Both the position numbers and the translations under genes were made by a program. Below the pieces are notes generated by a model. That model was not told the origin of the DNA and ran no database searches. It saw only the letters and a list, made by a program, of their open reading frames with translations. Shown here piece by piece: positions 20,681 to 28,861 of a stretch of 32,000 nucleotides of DNA. This stretch comes from Prochlorococcus sp. MIT 0801 (GTDB lineage: Bacteria > Cyanobacteriota > Cyanobacteriia > PCC-6307 > Cyanobiaceae). The stretch spans positions 1,830,001-1,862,000 of the forward strand of contig NZ_CP007754.1 in NCBI RefSeq assembly GCF_000757865.1, in the 5' to 3' direction. Position 1 is the first letter of the stretch. Each line of letters begins with the position of its first letter.

Positions 20681-21997
20681 TCACGAACCAATATGATCAG
20701 TTTTTTCCCAAATCAAAGTCTTACGAAATAATGACATTTTAACAACTATATATGGTATAACAATGAACCAATGTGCAAGGTAAATTGTTGCTCCAAGTAT
20801 ATTAATAAAATTAGGTGATGGTAATCGTGGACCTTCGCTATTTTGAGAACATCCTTTCCAAAAAGCTAAACTAGAAATACTAAATGCAACTATAGATAGG
20901 GGCCAATATAGTGGCATTTCAAATAAAATAATTGATACAATAAAATCTATAAATGATACAACTGGTAAAACATATTGCAATAAGAAAAAGCAAGCTAGAT
21001 CTATTTTTTTAAATTTTGATAGGCGTTTTGAGATCAATAAGGGCCAGTAATCAAAGAACCTTTGCAAGCCTCCTTCAGCCCATCTTTTTCTTTGTCGGAA
21101 TAAAGCCGACAATGATTCCACTGCTTCCTCTTGAATAGGTGGATCCCACATTATTACTATTGGCGATCGTGTTAATAAAAATCGGAAACTTAAATCTAAA
21201 TCGTCAGTAATAGTTTGTTCATTAAAGCCTCCGCAACATTCCAGAACTTTTCTATTAATTAATTGACCATTACCTCTTAACTCCGACACACCACCACTAG
21301 CAAGTCTGCCTCTTTGAATAACAGCATCCATTGCCATCTCCATTGCTTGATATGAGGCAATTTGATTCAACTCACAATTTACAACTGATTTTCTTAACTG
21401 CACTGCAGACCATCCACCATGCAAAGCAAGAGCTATTGCTCTAAGTAATACATTGCTCTGTAGTTGTGCATCCGCATCAAGAATAAATAACCATTCTCCA
21501 TCAGTTTTATTCAACACAGAATTCAGAGCTCCTGATTTTCCACCATCACTAATCAAAGGGCGACTTAAAACATTAATTCTTGAGAAACGAGTACGTAATT
21601 TTTTTAATAAATCAGGTGTTCGATCTTGGCTGCCATCATCAATGATCCATAAAGAAATCTTCTCCTCTGGATATTCAATTGATAAAAGTCTTGAAACTAA
21701 TCGCTCTATTACATTTTCTTCATCACGTGCTGCCACCAACACATCCACTTTGGGAAGAGTCTCAACAAATTTTTCACTTTTAATTAGATACTCGTTTTGT
21801 AATTGATAATTATCCCTACGATCTCGTAAAACAACTCTTAACCCATACCCACCCAGCAAGACGGCCAAAATAATTGAAGGGAATAAATTCTTACTAGGCT
21901 CCATCAAATGAGGAAAAATTCCTGCCAAAGCGCAGCAAATCAAAAATAATATTGATTTAATGCGTCGGTTTTCTCCACTGATTTTGGCTAAAGCCAT
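20681..21997 (-). CDS. Integral-membrane family-2 glycosyltransferase (possibly the monoglucosyldiacylglycerol synthase type)
   Basis: 438-aa ORF. Two N-terminal TM helices are followed by a GT2 catalytic core with IIDDGSQDRT, ILDADAQ (DxD) and QRKRWAEG (QxxRW), then several C-terminal TM helices. The family call is solid. The specific substrate is inference from architecture and core-genome position. Confidence 0.85.
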   Translation of the reverse strand: MALAKISGENRRIKSILFLICCALAGIFPHLMEPSKNLFPSIILAVLLGGYGLRVVLRDRRDNYQLQNEYLIKSEKFVETLPKVDVLVAARDEENVIERLVSRLLSIEYPEEKISLWIIDDGSQDRTPDLLKKLRTRFSRINVLSRPLISDGGKSGALNSVLNKTDGEWLFILDADAQLQSNVLLRAIALALHGGWSAVQLRKSVVNCELNQIASYQAMEMAMDAVIQRGRLASGGVSELRGNGQLINRKVLECCGGFNEQTITDDLDLSFRFLLTRSPIVIMWDPPIQEEAVESLSALFRQRKRWAEGGLQRFFDYWPLLISKRLSKFKKIDLACFFLLQYVLPVVSFIDFIVSIILFEMPLYWPLSIVAFSISSLAFWKGCSQNSEGPRLPSPNFINILGATIYLAHWFIVIPYIVVKMSLFRKTLIWEKTDHIGS

Positions 21998-22042
21998 GGA
22001 GTGATCCTTTTATCAATTAGTGACTCTAAGAGGCTTTCATCA

Positions 22043-23596
22043 CTAAGGCAAAAATCCATATTTAGTTTTCGGATAATAATGAGAAAGAATTTGCTTAGTA
22101 GTCCATCCATTTTTTGCTAACTCTATAGCCCCAGACTGAGACATTCCTGCTCCATGGCCAAAACCTCCACCAGAAAACAGCCATTTACCTTCTTTAATTT
22201 CTTTAACAACAAATAATGTGCTTGGTAATTTTCTAAGAACACGACGAATGTCATCAAGTTTAAGGAAAATTTCTGAACCACTCTTCCCGTTAATTTTCAA
22301 CGAAGTGACTCTCCCACTACTTCCTCTACTTACAACCTCAATTTTATTGGGATCAAAAGAACTGCCAACTTTTTTAGCTTGATTGAGCTGTTTAGATATC
22401 TGAGAAGCATCTAGCGTTCTTTCCCATCTAAAAAGTGGATGATCAGATCCAAAAGCCTCAGACTTGGAAAATAAAAAAGATTTCAAATATTTCTCATTTG
22501 ATAGAGGTAAATCAACCGAACGAGTCCACTGTTTTGGACCATCCAAGCGCGTTTGCAAATAAGGAACTTGATTAATTGACCATGCCTCATCGACCGATGC
22601 CATGACTCCACCATTAGTTGCGTGATAAACAGTATTTATTGGCTTTTTATTCCAAGTAAGAATTTTGCCAGAAGTTTTTTGTATAGCTGTTTTAATTTTT
22701 AAATTGACGTTAGATGGATCTTTGTAAACCTGACATTGGGTATCGTGGCAAAGATTGTATCCATCAACTTTGAATCTATGGCTATTAGCTATAGCCCATG
22801 TTCGGGCTAGTATCGCCTGAGCTGCTAATGCTGCTTCAGGTGAACTGGCACCAATTTCATAAGGGACTACTCCGTTTAAATATCTCTCAATCGGAACATG
22901 CTCAACCAAAGTCCAACTGCCATATGCATCTGACTGGATCGAAAATGGACCTAAGTATATCCCCTGCTCCCAGCGCAACCCATCAGGGGCTTGCAAAGAG
23001 ATAGGACCTTTGAGGGCAATTTTTCCATCATTTCCATCAAGATAAGGAAAAACAATCTTTGAAACTTTTATTTTTTGATAAGTCGCCTTGATGGATGCAG
23101 GAATCTCGGTGTCGCCTGATACCCAAACCTCCCAATCAAAAGGATGAGCAATAGTTGATTTAATACTTTTATCTTTTAAATCATTTGCCAATCTTTCAGC
23201 AGACTCGAAACTTGCGAAGGGACCAATTTTGTGTCGAACAAATACTTTTGGATTTAATAATTGTTTTGCTCGCCAGCCAATATTAATTTCTTTGGCCTTT
23301 CTAATGACTCCATCAGCATCTTTGAGAATCAAGTTTCTGCCATTACTTACAAGCCTCAAAGTTGGAGATTTAAGATCATTGATGATTTCCTTTCCTAAAT
23401 ATGGCTTTATTCCAACAAGTAGAACATTTTTTTCGGAACTAATTAAAGGCGTCTCAGGTGGGGCCTGATGAGTTCCAAAAAACTTAACTTTGCGAGGATT
23501 CGCAATACTTACTTGATTGGAATGAGACACACCAATCAAGAGAAGCAAACCCCAAACAAAAAAACTTTTTTGAGCCTGTAAATAACTTTTAATCAC
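22043..23596 (-). CDS. SpoIID/LytB-domain protein (secreted, peptidoglycan-associated)
   Basis: 517-aa ORF with an N-terminal signal-like helix (FFVWGLLLLIGVSH). The central region has YLxGVVPYE, ALAAQAILARTWA and VYHATNGG, and a C-terminal GHGAGMSQSGA segment is typical of the SpoIID family. It starts at a GTG at 23596..23594. Confidence 0.8.
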   Translation of the reverse strand: MIKSYLQAQKSFFVWGLLLLIGVSHSNQVSIANPRKVKFFGTHQAPPETPLISSEKNVLLVGIKPYLGKEIINDLKSPTLRLVSNGRNLILKDADGVIRKAKEINIGWRAKQLLNPKVFVRHKIGPFASFESAERLANDLKDKSIKSTIAHPFDWEVWVSGDTEIPASIKATYQKIKVSKIVFPYLDGNDGKIALKGPISLQAPDGLRWEQGIYLGPFSIQSDAYGSWTLVEHVPIERYLNGVVPYEIGASSPEAALAAQAILARTWAIANSHRFKVDGYNLCHDTQCQVYKDPSNVNLKIKTAIQKTSGKILTWNKKPINTVYHATNGGVMASVDEAWSINQVPYLQTRLDGPKQWTRSVDLPLSNEKYLKSFLFSKSEAFGSDHPLFRWERTLDASQISKQLNQAKKVGSSFDPNKIEVVSRGSSGRVTSLKINGKSGSEIFLKLDDIRRVLRKLPSTLFVVKEIKEGKWLFSGGGFGHGAGMSQSGAIELAKNGWTTKQILSHYYPKTKYGFLP

Positions 23597-23688
23597 AACA
23601 AAAATCTCTTTCCATGAGAATTTAATAATTTTGGGTTGGCTTAAGTGAGCTCAAGGACGTATTGTCTTAAATCAACTATGCTTTATCA

Positions 23689-23886
23689 ATGCCAAAGCTC
23701 AAGACCCGCAAAGCTGCTGCAAAGCGGTTCAAAGCAACAGGCACTGGCAAATTCATGAGACGTCGTGCATTTCACAATCACTTACTCGACCATAAGAGTC
23801 CTAAATTAAAAAGGCACCTTAAAACAAAAGCAGTCGTAGATGAACGTGATGCAGAGAACGTAAGCCTTATGCTTCCCTATGCTTAA
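23689..23886 (+). CDS. rpmI: 50S ribosomal protein L35
   Basis: 65-aa basic ORF beginning [22 protein letters not shown], the canonical L35 N-terminus. It lies immediately upstream of rplT. Confidence 0.95.
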   Translation: MPKLKTRKAAAKRFKATGTGKFMRRRAFHNHLLDHKSPKLKRHLKTKAVVDERDAENVSLMLPYA

Positions 23887-23937
23887 GTTTTCTTAAAACG
23901 TTTATTAGTTCAATTTCTTGATTTCTGGTTATTAATT

Positions 23938-24285
23938 ATGGCACGTGTTAAAAGAGGTAATGTTGCTAGAAAACGTAGAAACAAAATCCTTCGTCTAGCT
24001 AGAGGATTTAGAGGAGGTAATGGAACTCTTTTCCGAACCGCAAATCAAAGAGTAATGAAGGCCCTTTGTAACGCGTATAGAGACAGAAGAAGAAGAAAAC
24101 GTGATTTTAGAAGACTTTGGATTGCAAGAATTAATGCAGCAGCAAGGTTAAATGGATTAAGCTACAGCAAATTTATAGGTGGTTTAAAGAAAGCAGATAT
24201 AAGAATTAACAGAAAAATGCTGGCTCAATTAGCAGTTATGGATCCTAAAACATTCTCAAACGTTGCAGTTAGTTCAAAAAGTTAA
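23938..24285 (+). CDS. rplT: 50S ribosomal protein L20
   Basis: 115-aa ORF beginning [18 protein letters not shown], with the [12 protein letters not shown] block canonical for L20. Confidence 0.95.
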   Translation: MARVKRGNVARKRRNKILRLARGFRGGNGTLFRTANQRVMKALCNAYRDRRRRKRDFRRLWIARINAAARLNGLSYSKFIGGLKKADIRINRKMLAQLAVMDPKTFSNVAVSSKS

Positions 24286-24428
24286 GTATCCTTGAGTGTT
24301 GTTTATCTTATTTAAAATTATGAATAAGTAATCAATTAAGATAAGAAATAAAGAAGAAATTCCAAAAATTAAGAATATGGTAATAATAAATAATTACTAT
24401 ACTGTTAACCAATTTTGAGTTTTAGTTG

Positions 24429-24986
24429 ATGATGGTTAATCTTCCTCAAACTTATTTAGTAGGACTCTGTTTTCTTTTAGTAATTATCTCTATTTTAGTA
24501 GGAAGCCAACTATATAAAGTAAGAAAAGATGAAATGAAGCTTCTCAAATTAGAGAAAGAAGATTCAAATACACAAGAAGATTCAGCAAAAATGTATGAAT
24601 TAGCATCTGTTCAATTAAAGAAAAGATTATACCCTCAAGCCACATCAACCTTAAAACAAGCCTTAAAGAAACTTGATGGCGAGCCAGAAGAGGCTAAAGC
24701 ACTTATTGAAAATGCATTAGGCTTTGCACTCGCTGCTCAAAATGACTTTAAATCAGCAGTAATTCATTACAAAAAAGCTTTAACAGCTAAATCTGAGTAC
24801 CCAGTTGCATTAAATAATCTCGGCTTTGCTTATCAACGCTTGCTTAAAGAAGATGAAGCTTATAAAAATTATCAAGAGGTTTTAAAGCTAGATCCTAAAA
24901 ATAAAACCGCGATCTCTCAAATTAAAAGACTTGAACGTATAGTTGGAAAAGATAAAGATCAATTATTGAATAAAAAAGGCTTCTAA
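24429..24986 (+). CDS. Membrane-anchored TPR-repeat protein, Ycf37-like
   Basis: The track ORF starts at a TTG at 24426, with ATG codons at 24429 and 24432. One N-terminal TM helix (YLVGLCFLLVIISILVG) is followed by about three TPR-like repeats (A..Y..AL.....P.A..NLG pattern). Size and architecture match Ycf37 (PSI-assembly TPR protein) as I recall it. The TPR call is firm; the Ycf37 identity is tentative. Confidence 0.75.
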   Translation: MMVNLPQTYLVGLCFLLVIISILVGSQLYKVRKDEMKLLKLEKEDSNTQEDSAKMYELASVQLKKRLYPQATSTLKQALKKLDGEPEEAKALIENALGFALAAQNDFKSAVIHYKKALTAKSEYPVALNNLGFAYQRLLKEDEAYKNYQEVLKLDPKNKTAISQIKRLERIVGKDKDQLLNKKGF

Positions 24987-25014
24987 ATAAAGATTAATTC
25001 ATCATATTTTATCC

Positions 25015-25821
25015 ATGCAAAAAACTAATCAATCTCTAAAAATAGGACATAAAGAGTTCAAAAGTCGACTTCTTGTTGGAACAGGTAAATACCCATCCCT
25101 AGAAGTCATGCAGAAAAGCCTAATAAATACAAAATGTGAAATAGTTACTGTCGCAGTTAGAAGAATTCAAGGACTAGAACGTGGACATAAAGGATTAATG
25201 GAATCAATAGACTGGAAAAGAATATGGATGCTGCCAAACACTGCAGGATGCTCAAATGCGGAAGAAGCTATTCGAATAGCAAGGCTTGGCAGAGAATTAG
25301 CAAAGTTAGCAGGTCAAGAAAATAATAATTTTGTCAAATTAGAGGTTATTCCTGACAAAAAATATTTATTACCCGACCCAATTGGCACCTTAAAAGCAGC
25401 CGAGCAATTAGTAAAAGAAGGATTTACTGTTCTTCCATATATAAATTCTGATCCAATAATTGCAAAACAACTTGAAGAAATTGGATGTGCAACTGTTATG
25501 CCTCTTGGTTCCCCCATTGGATCTGCGCAAGGCATAAGAAATGCTGCGAACATTGCCATGATTATCGCAGAATCTCGAATCCCAATAATTATTGATGCAG
25601 GTATTGGAGTTCCAAGCGAAGCAGCTCAAGCATTGGAAATGGGTGCTGATGGGGTTCTAATTAATAGTGCTATTGCTTTAGCTCAGAACCCAATTCTTAT
25701 GGCTCAAGCCTTCTCTAAGGCTACCCAGGCGGGCAGAGATGGTTATCTAGCTGGAAGATTGCAAGAGAACCCTCTTGCCAATGCAAGCTCTCCACTAGAT
25801 GGAGTTATTTCAAATAATTAG
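25015..25821 (+). CDS. thiG: Thiazole synthase
   Basis: 268-aa ORF with the GTGKY motif, the KLEVI Schiff-base lysine context, PLGSPIGS and IIDAGIG segments. Confidence 0.93.
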   Translation: MQKTNQSLKIGHKEFKSRLLVGTGKYPSLEVMQKSLINTKCEIVTVAVRRIQGLERGHKGLMESIDWKRIWMLPNTAGCSNAEEAIRIARLGRELAKLAGQENNNFVKLEVIPDKKYLLPDPIGTLKAAEQLVKEGFTVLPYINSDPIIAKQLEEIGCATVMPLGSPIGSAQGIRNAANIAMIIAESRIPIIIDAGIGVPSEAAQALEMGADGVLINSAIALAQNPILMAQAFSKATQAGRDGYLAGRLQENPLANASSPLDGVISNN

Positions 25822-25870
25822 AGCAATTCGTTAAAAATTAGTAACGTAATAAGCTAATAAACAAAAAAAC

Positions 25871-26038
25871 ATGGCAGTCACTAGAGAAAGTCAAGGCAGG
25901 CTGAACGTTTTTGCGGATGAGCCAAGAATTGAAATACTTACAAAAGAAAGCAGTCGCAACAAAGCTTCTTGGCTTTTGACCCTTGCTGGAGTTATCCTTG
26001 TAATTGGGCTTATCGCATATTCTTTAACAATCAAGTGA
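25871..26038 (+). CDS. Small (55 aa) C-terminally anchored membrane protein, function unknown (possibly Psb34/Ssl1498-like)
   Basis: Hand-translated; too short for the ORF track. Sequence: MAVTRESQGRLNVFADEPRIEILTKESSRNKASWLLTLAGVILVIGLIAYSLTIK*. The ATG sits 49 nt after the thiG stop. A polar N-terminal arm is followed by a single about 20-residue TM helix ending 2-3 residues before the stop. The G-R-L-N-x-F-A-x-E-P motif resembles a conserved small cyanobacterial protein family from memory only. Confidence 0.5.
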   Translation: MAVTRESQGRLNVFADEPRIEILTKESSRNKASWLLTLAGVILVIGLIAYSLTIK

Positions 26039-26094
26039 AACGCTTGTAGTAGCTTGAATAATATGAGCATTTGCTCTGTCTTTTGGAGTTTAGA

Positions 26095-27288
26095 GTGAAA
26101 GTTTTCGTTCTTGGTGGTGACGGCTTCTGCGGATGGCCTTGTGCAGTGAATCTTGCTGACAAGGGTCATGATGTATTCATCGTGGATAATCTCAGTCGTC
26201 GAAAAATCGATATAGACCTTGAAGTTGAATCCTTAACTCCAATTACAAGTATTGGAGAAAGGATTAAAGCTTGGTCTGAGATAGGTGGAAAACCTATTCA
26301 ATTTATTCATTTAGACCTTGCCTCTGAATATCAAAAGCTTTTAGATCTGTTGATCGAGGAAAAGCCTGATTCAATAATTCATTTCGCTGAACAGCGTGCT
26401 GCTCCATATTCCATGAAAAGTAGCGCAACCAAGAGATATACAGTTGATAACAATGTCAATGGGACTCATAATCTACTTGCCGCAATTGTTGAATCTCAAT
26501 TAGATATTCACATTGTTCATCTTGGGACGATGGGAGTTTACGGCTATGGGTCTCATAGAGGCGCGACCATTCCTGAAGGTTACTTAAAAGTGGAAGTACC
26601 CCAACCAGATGGCAGTCGTTTTGAAGAAGAAATCCTTCATCCAGCAAGTCCCGGCAGCGTTTATCACATGACCAAAACGCTTGATCAATTGCTATTTCTT
26701 TACTACAACAAAAATGACCAGATCAGAATCACTGATCTTCATCAAGGAATTGTATGGGGAACGAATACTGACGTTACAAGTCGTGACCCAAGACTGACTA
26801 ATCGATTTGACTATGATGGTGATTATGGAACAGTGTTAAATAGATTTTTAATGCAAGCAGCCATTGGCTATCCATTAACTGTTCATGGTACTGGTGGACA
26901 AACAAGAGCTTTTATACATATTCAAGATTCAGTAAAGTGCGTTCAATTGGCACTCGAGAACCCTCCTGAGAAAGGTGAAAGAGTGAAAATCTTCAACCAA
27001 ATGACGGAAAGCCACCAAGTTGGGGAATTAGCTAAAAAAGTAGCCTCTCTCACTGGAGCAAAAATTAATTATCTTCCAAACCCAAGAAACGAAGCCGTCG
27101 AAAATGATTTGATAGTTGATAATCGATGTTTTATTGAGCTTGGATTAGATCCGACAACTCTCGATAATGGACTTTTAGAAGAAGTTGTTAATGTCGCGAA
27201 AAAATTTTCCAATCGATGTGATTTAAAACGAATACCTTGTGTATCTGCATGGACATCAACCCAAGCAAAAGCAATTAATAAATCCTAA
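26095..27288 (+). CDS. sqdB: UDP-sulfoquinovose synthase
   Basis: SDR-fold ORF. VKVFVLGGDGFCGWP (GxxGxxG) follows directly after the GTG at 26095, which is preceded by GGAG at 26085..26088. A YHMTK (YxxxK) catalytic motif is present. Length and the adjacent sqdX fit SqdB. The track's TTG at 26071 adds 8 unconserved-looking residues. Confidence 0.9.
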   Translation: MKVFVLGGDGFCGWPCAVNLADKGHDVFIVDNLSRRKIDIDLEVESLTPITSIGERIKAWSEIGGKPIQFIHLDLASEYQKLLDLLIEEKPDSIIHFAEQRAAPYSMKSSATKRYTVDNNVNGTHNLLAAIVESQLDIHIVHLGTMGVYGYGSHRGATIPEGYLKVEVPQPDGSRFEEEILHPASPGSVYHMTKTLDQLLFLYYNKNDQIRITDLHQGIVWGTNTDVTSRDPRLTNRFDYDGDYGTVLNRFLMQAAIGYPLTVHGTGGQTRAFIHIQDSVKCVQLALENPPEKGERVKIFNQMTESHQVGELAKKVASLTGAKINYLPNPRNEAVENDLIVDNRCFIELGLDPTTLDNGLLEEVVNVAKKFSNRCDLKRIPCVSAWTSTQAKAINKS

Positions 27289-27323
27289 ACCTACCAGTAC
27301 AAAATCTTGAAAAGACACGCTCA

Positions 27324-28472
27324 GTGAAAATAGCTTTCTTTACAGAAACTTTCCTACCCAAAGTCGATGGGATAGTTACTCGATTAACTAAAACAATTCA
27401 AAATTTAGTGGATTCTGGTGATGAGGTAACCGTTTTTTGTCCAGAAGGCTGTCCATCAAACTATATGGGTGCAAAAGTTATAGGTGTACCCGCGATGCCA
27501 TTACCTTTATATCCAGAACTCAAACTAGGGCTCCCTGGTCCAGGGGTGTCAGATGAATTAGAAAACTTCAAACCTGACTTAATACATGTTGTTAACCCTG
27601 CAGTACTAGGATTGGGTGGTATTTGGCTAGCCAAAACAAACAATATCCCCCTTGTCGCGAGTTATCACACTCATTTACCAAAGTATCTAGAGCACTATGG
27701 AATGGGCATGTTAGAGCCGCTTTTATGGGAGTTGTTAAAAGCTGCTCATAATCAAGCAACTCTAAATCTATGTACTTCCACTGCAATGGTGCAAGAACTC
27801 TCAGAAAAAGGAATTCAAAATACCGCCTTATGGCAAAGAGGAGTTGATACAGATATTTTCAAGCCAGAACTCAGAGACAAAGAAATGAGAAAGCGTCTTT
27901 TAGGAAACTTTAGCGATGAAGGATCTCTATTGATGTATGTGGGAAGACTCTCAGCAGAAAAGCAAATTGAAAGAATTAAACCTGTACTTGAAGCACTTCC
28001 AAACACTCGACTAGCTCTTGTGGGAGATGGTCCATATAGACAACAATTAGAAAAAATTTTTCAGGGAACCTCCACTACCTTTGTGGGATATTTAAGTGGG
28101 AAGGAACTAGCAAGTGCTTATGCCTCAGGTGATGCCTTTTTATTCCCCTCGAGCACAGAAACCTTGGGATTAGTTCTTTTAGAGGCAATGGCTGCTGGAT
28201 GCCCAGTCGTAGGAGCCAATAAAGGAGGCATACCAGATATTATTTCAGATGGAGAAAATGGATGTTTATACAATCCTGACGGAGAAAATGATGGAGCTGT
28301 TAGTTTAATTGAGGCTACAAAAAAATTATTGGGCAACGAAATAGAGCGGACAACAATGAGACAAGCAGCTCGTTCAGAAGCTGAGAGATGGGGGTGGGCA
28401 GGAGCTACAAAACAATTGAGAAGTTATTACGAAGACGTACTAGACAAAAAACAATCAAATATTGCTGCTTAG
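27324..28472 (+). CDS. sqdX: Sulfoquinovosyl diacylglycerol synthase-type GT4 glycosyltransferase
   Basis: 382-aa ORF starting at a GTG. It has the GT4 N-terminus MKIAFFTETFLPKVDGIV and the C-terminal E-x7-E region (SSTETLGLVLLEAMAAGCPVV). It lies 35 nt downstream of sqdB. Confidence 0.85.
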   Translation: MKIAFFTETFLPKVDGIVTRLTKTIQNLVDSGDEVTVFCPEGCPSNYMGAKVIGVPAMPLPLYPELKLGLPGPGVSDELENFKPDLIHVVNPAVLGLGGIWLAKTNNIPLVASYHTHLPKYLEHYGMGMLEPLLWELLKAAHNQATLNLCTSTAMVQELSEKGIQNTALWQRGVDTDIFKPELRDKEMRKRLLGNFSDEGSLLMYVGRLSAEKQIERIKPVLEALPNTRLALVGDGPYRQQLEKIFQGTSTTFVGYLSGKELASAYASGDAFLFPSSTETLGLVLLEAMAAGCPVVGANKGGIPDIISDGENGCLYNPDGENDGAVSLIEATKKLLGNEIERTTMRQAARSEAERWGWAGATKQLRSYYEDVLDKKQSNIAA

Positions 28473-28475
28473 TTT

Positions 28476-28736
28476 TTACGCAGCATGAGGAGGTGGAGTT
28501 GGAGAATCAAATGATTGCAATGGTAAAACCAAAGTCGCCCATGGAGAAAGTTTTGCTGGCCTTTGTTTCTTAGGCTGACGAACCCCAAATGGAACTCTAA
28601 CGACATTCGTTCCATCAACTTGTAAAAGTTCTCCGTTATTTAAAACAGATTCAAAGCAATTAGAAAAAGAAGGCAAGGACAAATCATCCTTTTTATTTAT
28701 TTGATCTGACAGATCAAAAGATGTCTTTTTGTTCAT
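28476..28736 (-). CDS. Hypothetical 86-aa protein, no recognisable domain
   Basis: ATG-initiated open frame that exactly fills the 386-nt spacer's left part between sqdX and gcvP. An 86-codon open frame is unlikely by chance in AT-rich, stop-codon-rich non-coding DNA. The N-terminal half is acidic/polar and the C-terminal half is basic and Pro-rich (QPKKQRPAKLSPW...SPTPPPHAA). I recognise no motif. Confidence 0.4.
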   Translation of the reverse strand: MNKKTSFDLSDQINKKDDLSLPSFSNCFESVLNNGELLQVDGTNVVRVPFGVRQPKKQRPAKLSPWATLVLPLQSFDSPTPPPHAA

Positions 28737-28797
28737 TTGGTCCCCATATAATTTTTAGGCTTTGGCAAAAATTAAAAGAAAAATTGCAAAATAGCCC

Positions 28798-28821
28798 AAA
28801 AAAAACCAATGATTTGGTTTT
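28798..28821 (-). terminator. Weak intrinsic-terminator-like hairpin downstream of gcvP
   Basis: On the minus strand, about 40 nt after the gcvP stop, the sequence is gcgAAAACCAAatcaTTGGTTTTtttt. That gives an 8-bp stem with only 2 G-C pairs, a 4-nt loop and a run of 8 T, of which 4 are in the stem. It is the only hairpin-plus-T-tract I found at a gene end in this window. Confidence 0.3.
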
Positions 28822-28861
28822 CGCTTGAAATTTAACTAATAAAACAAGTTTTAACCAGTAT

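Noticed and set aside
21453-21806. 117-aa plus-strand ORF inside the GT2 glycosyltransferase gene
   Set aside because: It lies wholly within a well-supported coding region on the other strand. The Ser-rich product has no motif, which is typical of an antisense-frame artefact. The same reasoning applies to the other 60-85-aa track ORFs nested in mutS, lysC, cobH, asd, clpX, thiG, sqdB, sqdX, spoIID and gcvP.
23646-23653. 8-nt palindrome TGAGCTCA in the divergent spoIID/rpmI spacer, and the 10-nt palindrome CCTTATAAGG at 9193..9202
   Set aside because: Short perfect palindromes of this length are expected to occur by chance in a window of this size. The flanks do not extend the symmetry, and they match no LexA, NtcA (GTA-N8-TAC) or other box I know.
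24987-25014. TPP riboswitch upstream of thiG, a glycine riboswitch upstream of gcvP/gcvH (31769..31869), and an L20 leader upstream of rpmI (23597..23688)
   Set aside because: The spacers (28, 101 and 92 nt) are too short and/or lack the conserved cores (for example the CUGAGA/ACCUGA elements of the TPP aptamer). No convincing nested helices are visible.
25891-26169. 92-aa minus-strand ORF spanning the thiG-sqdB spacer
   Set aside because: Its N-terminal 25 codons overlap the conserved sqdB N-terminus on the opposite strand. It has no membrane or domain features. The plus-strand 55-aa ORF explains the spacer better.
20681-28472. A thylakoid-lipid 'cluster' combining the GT2 (possible MGlcDG synthase) with sqdB-sqdX
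   Set aside because: They are separated by about 4 kb of unrelated genes (spoIID, rpmI, rplT, TPR, thiG) and lie on opposite strands. Only sqdB-sqdX form a plausible operon, and that operon is already well known.
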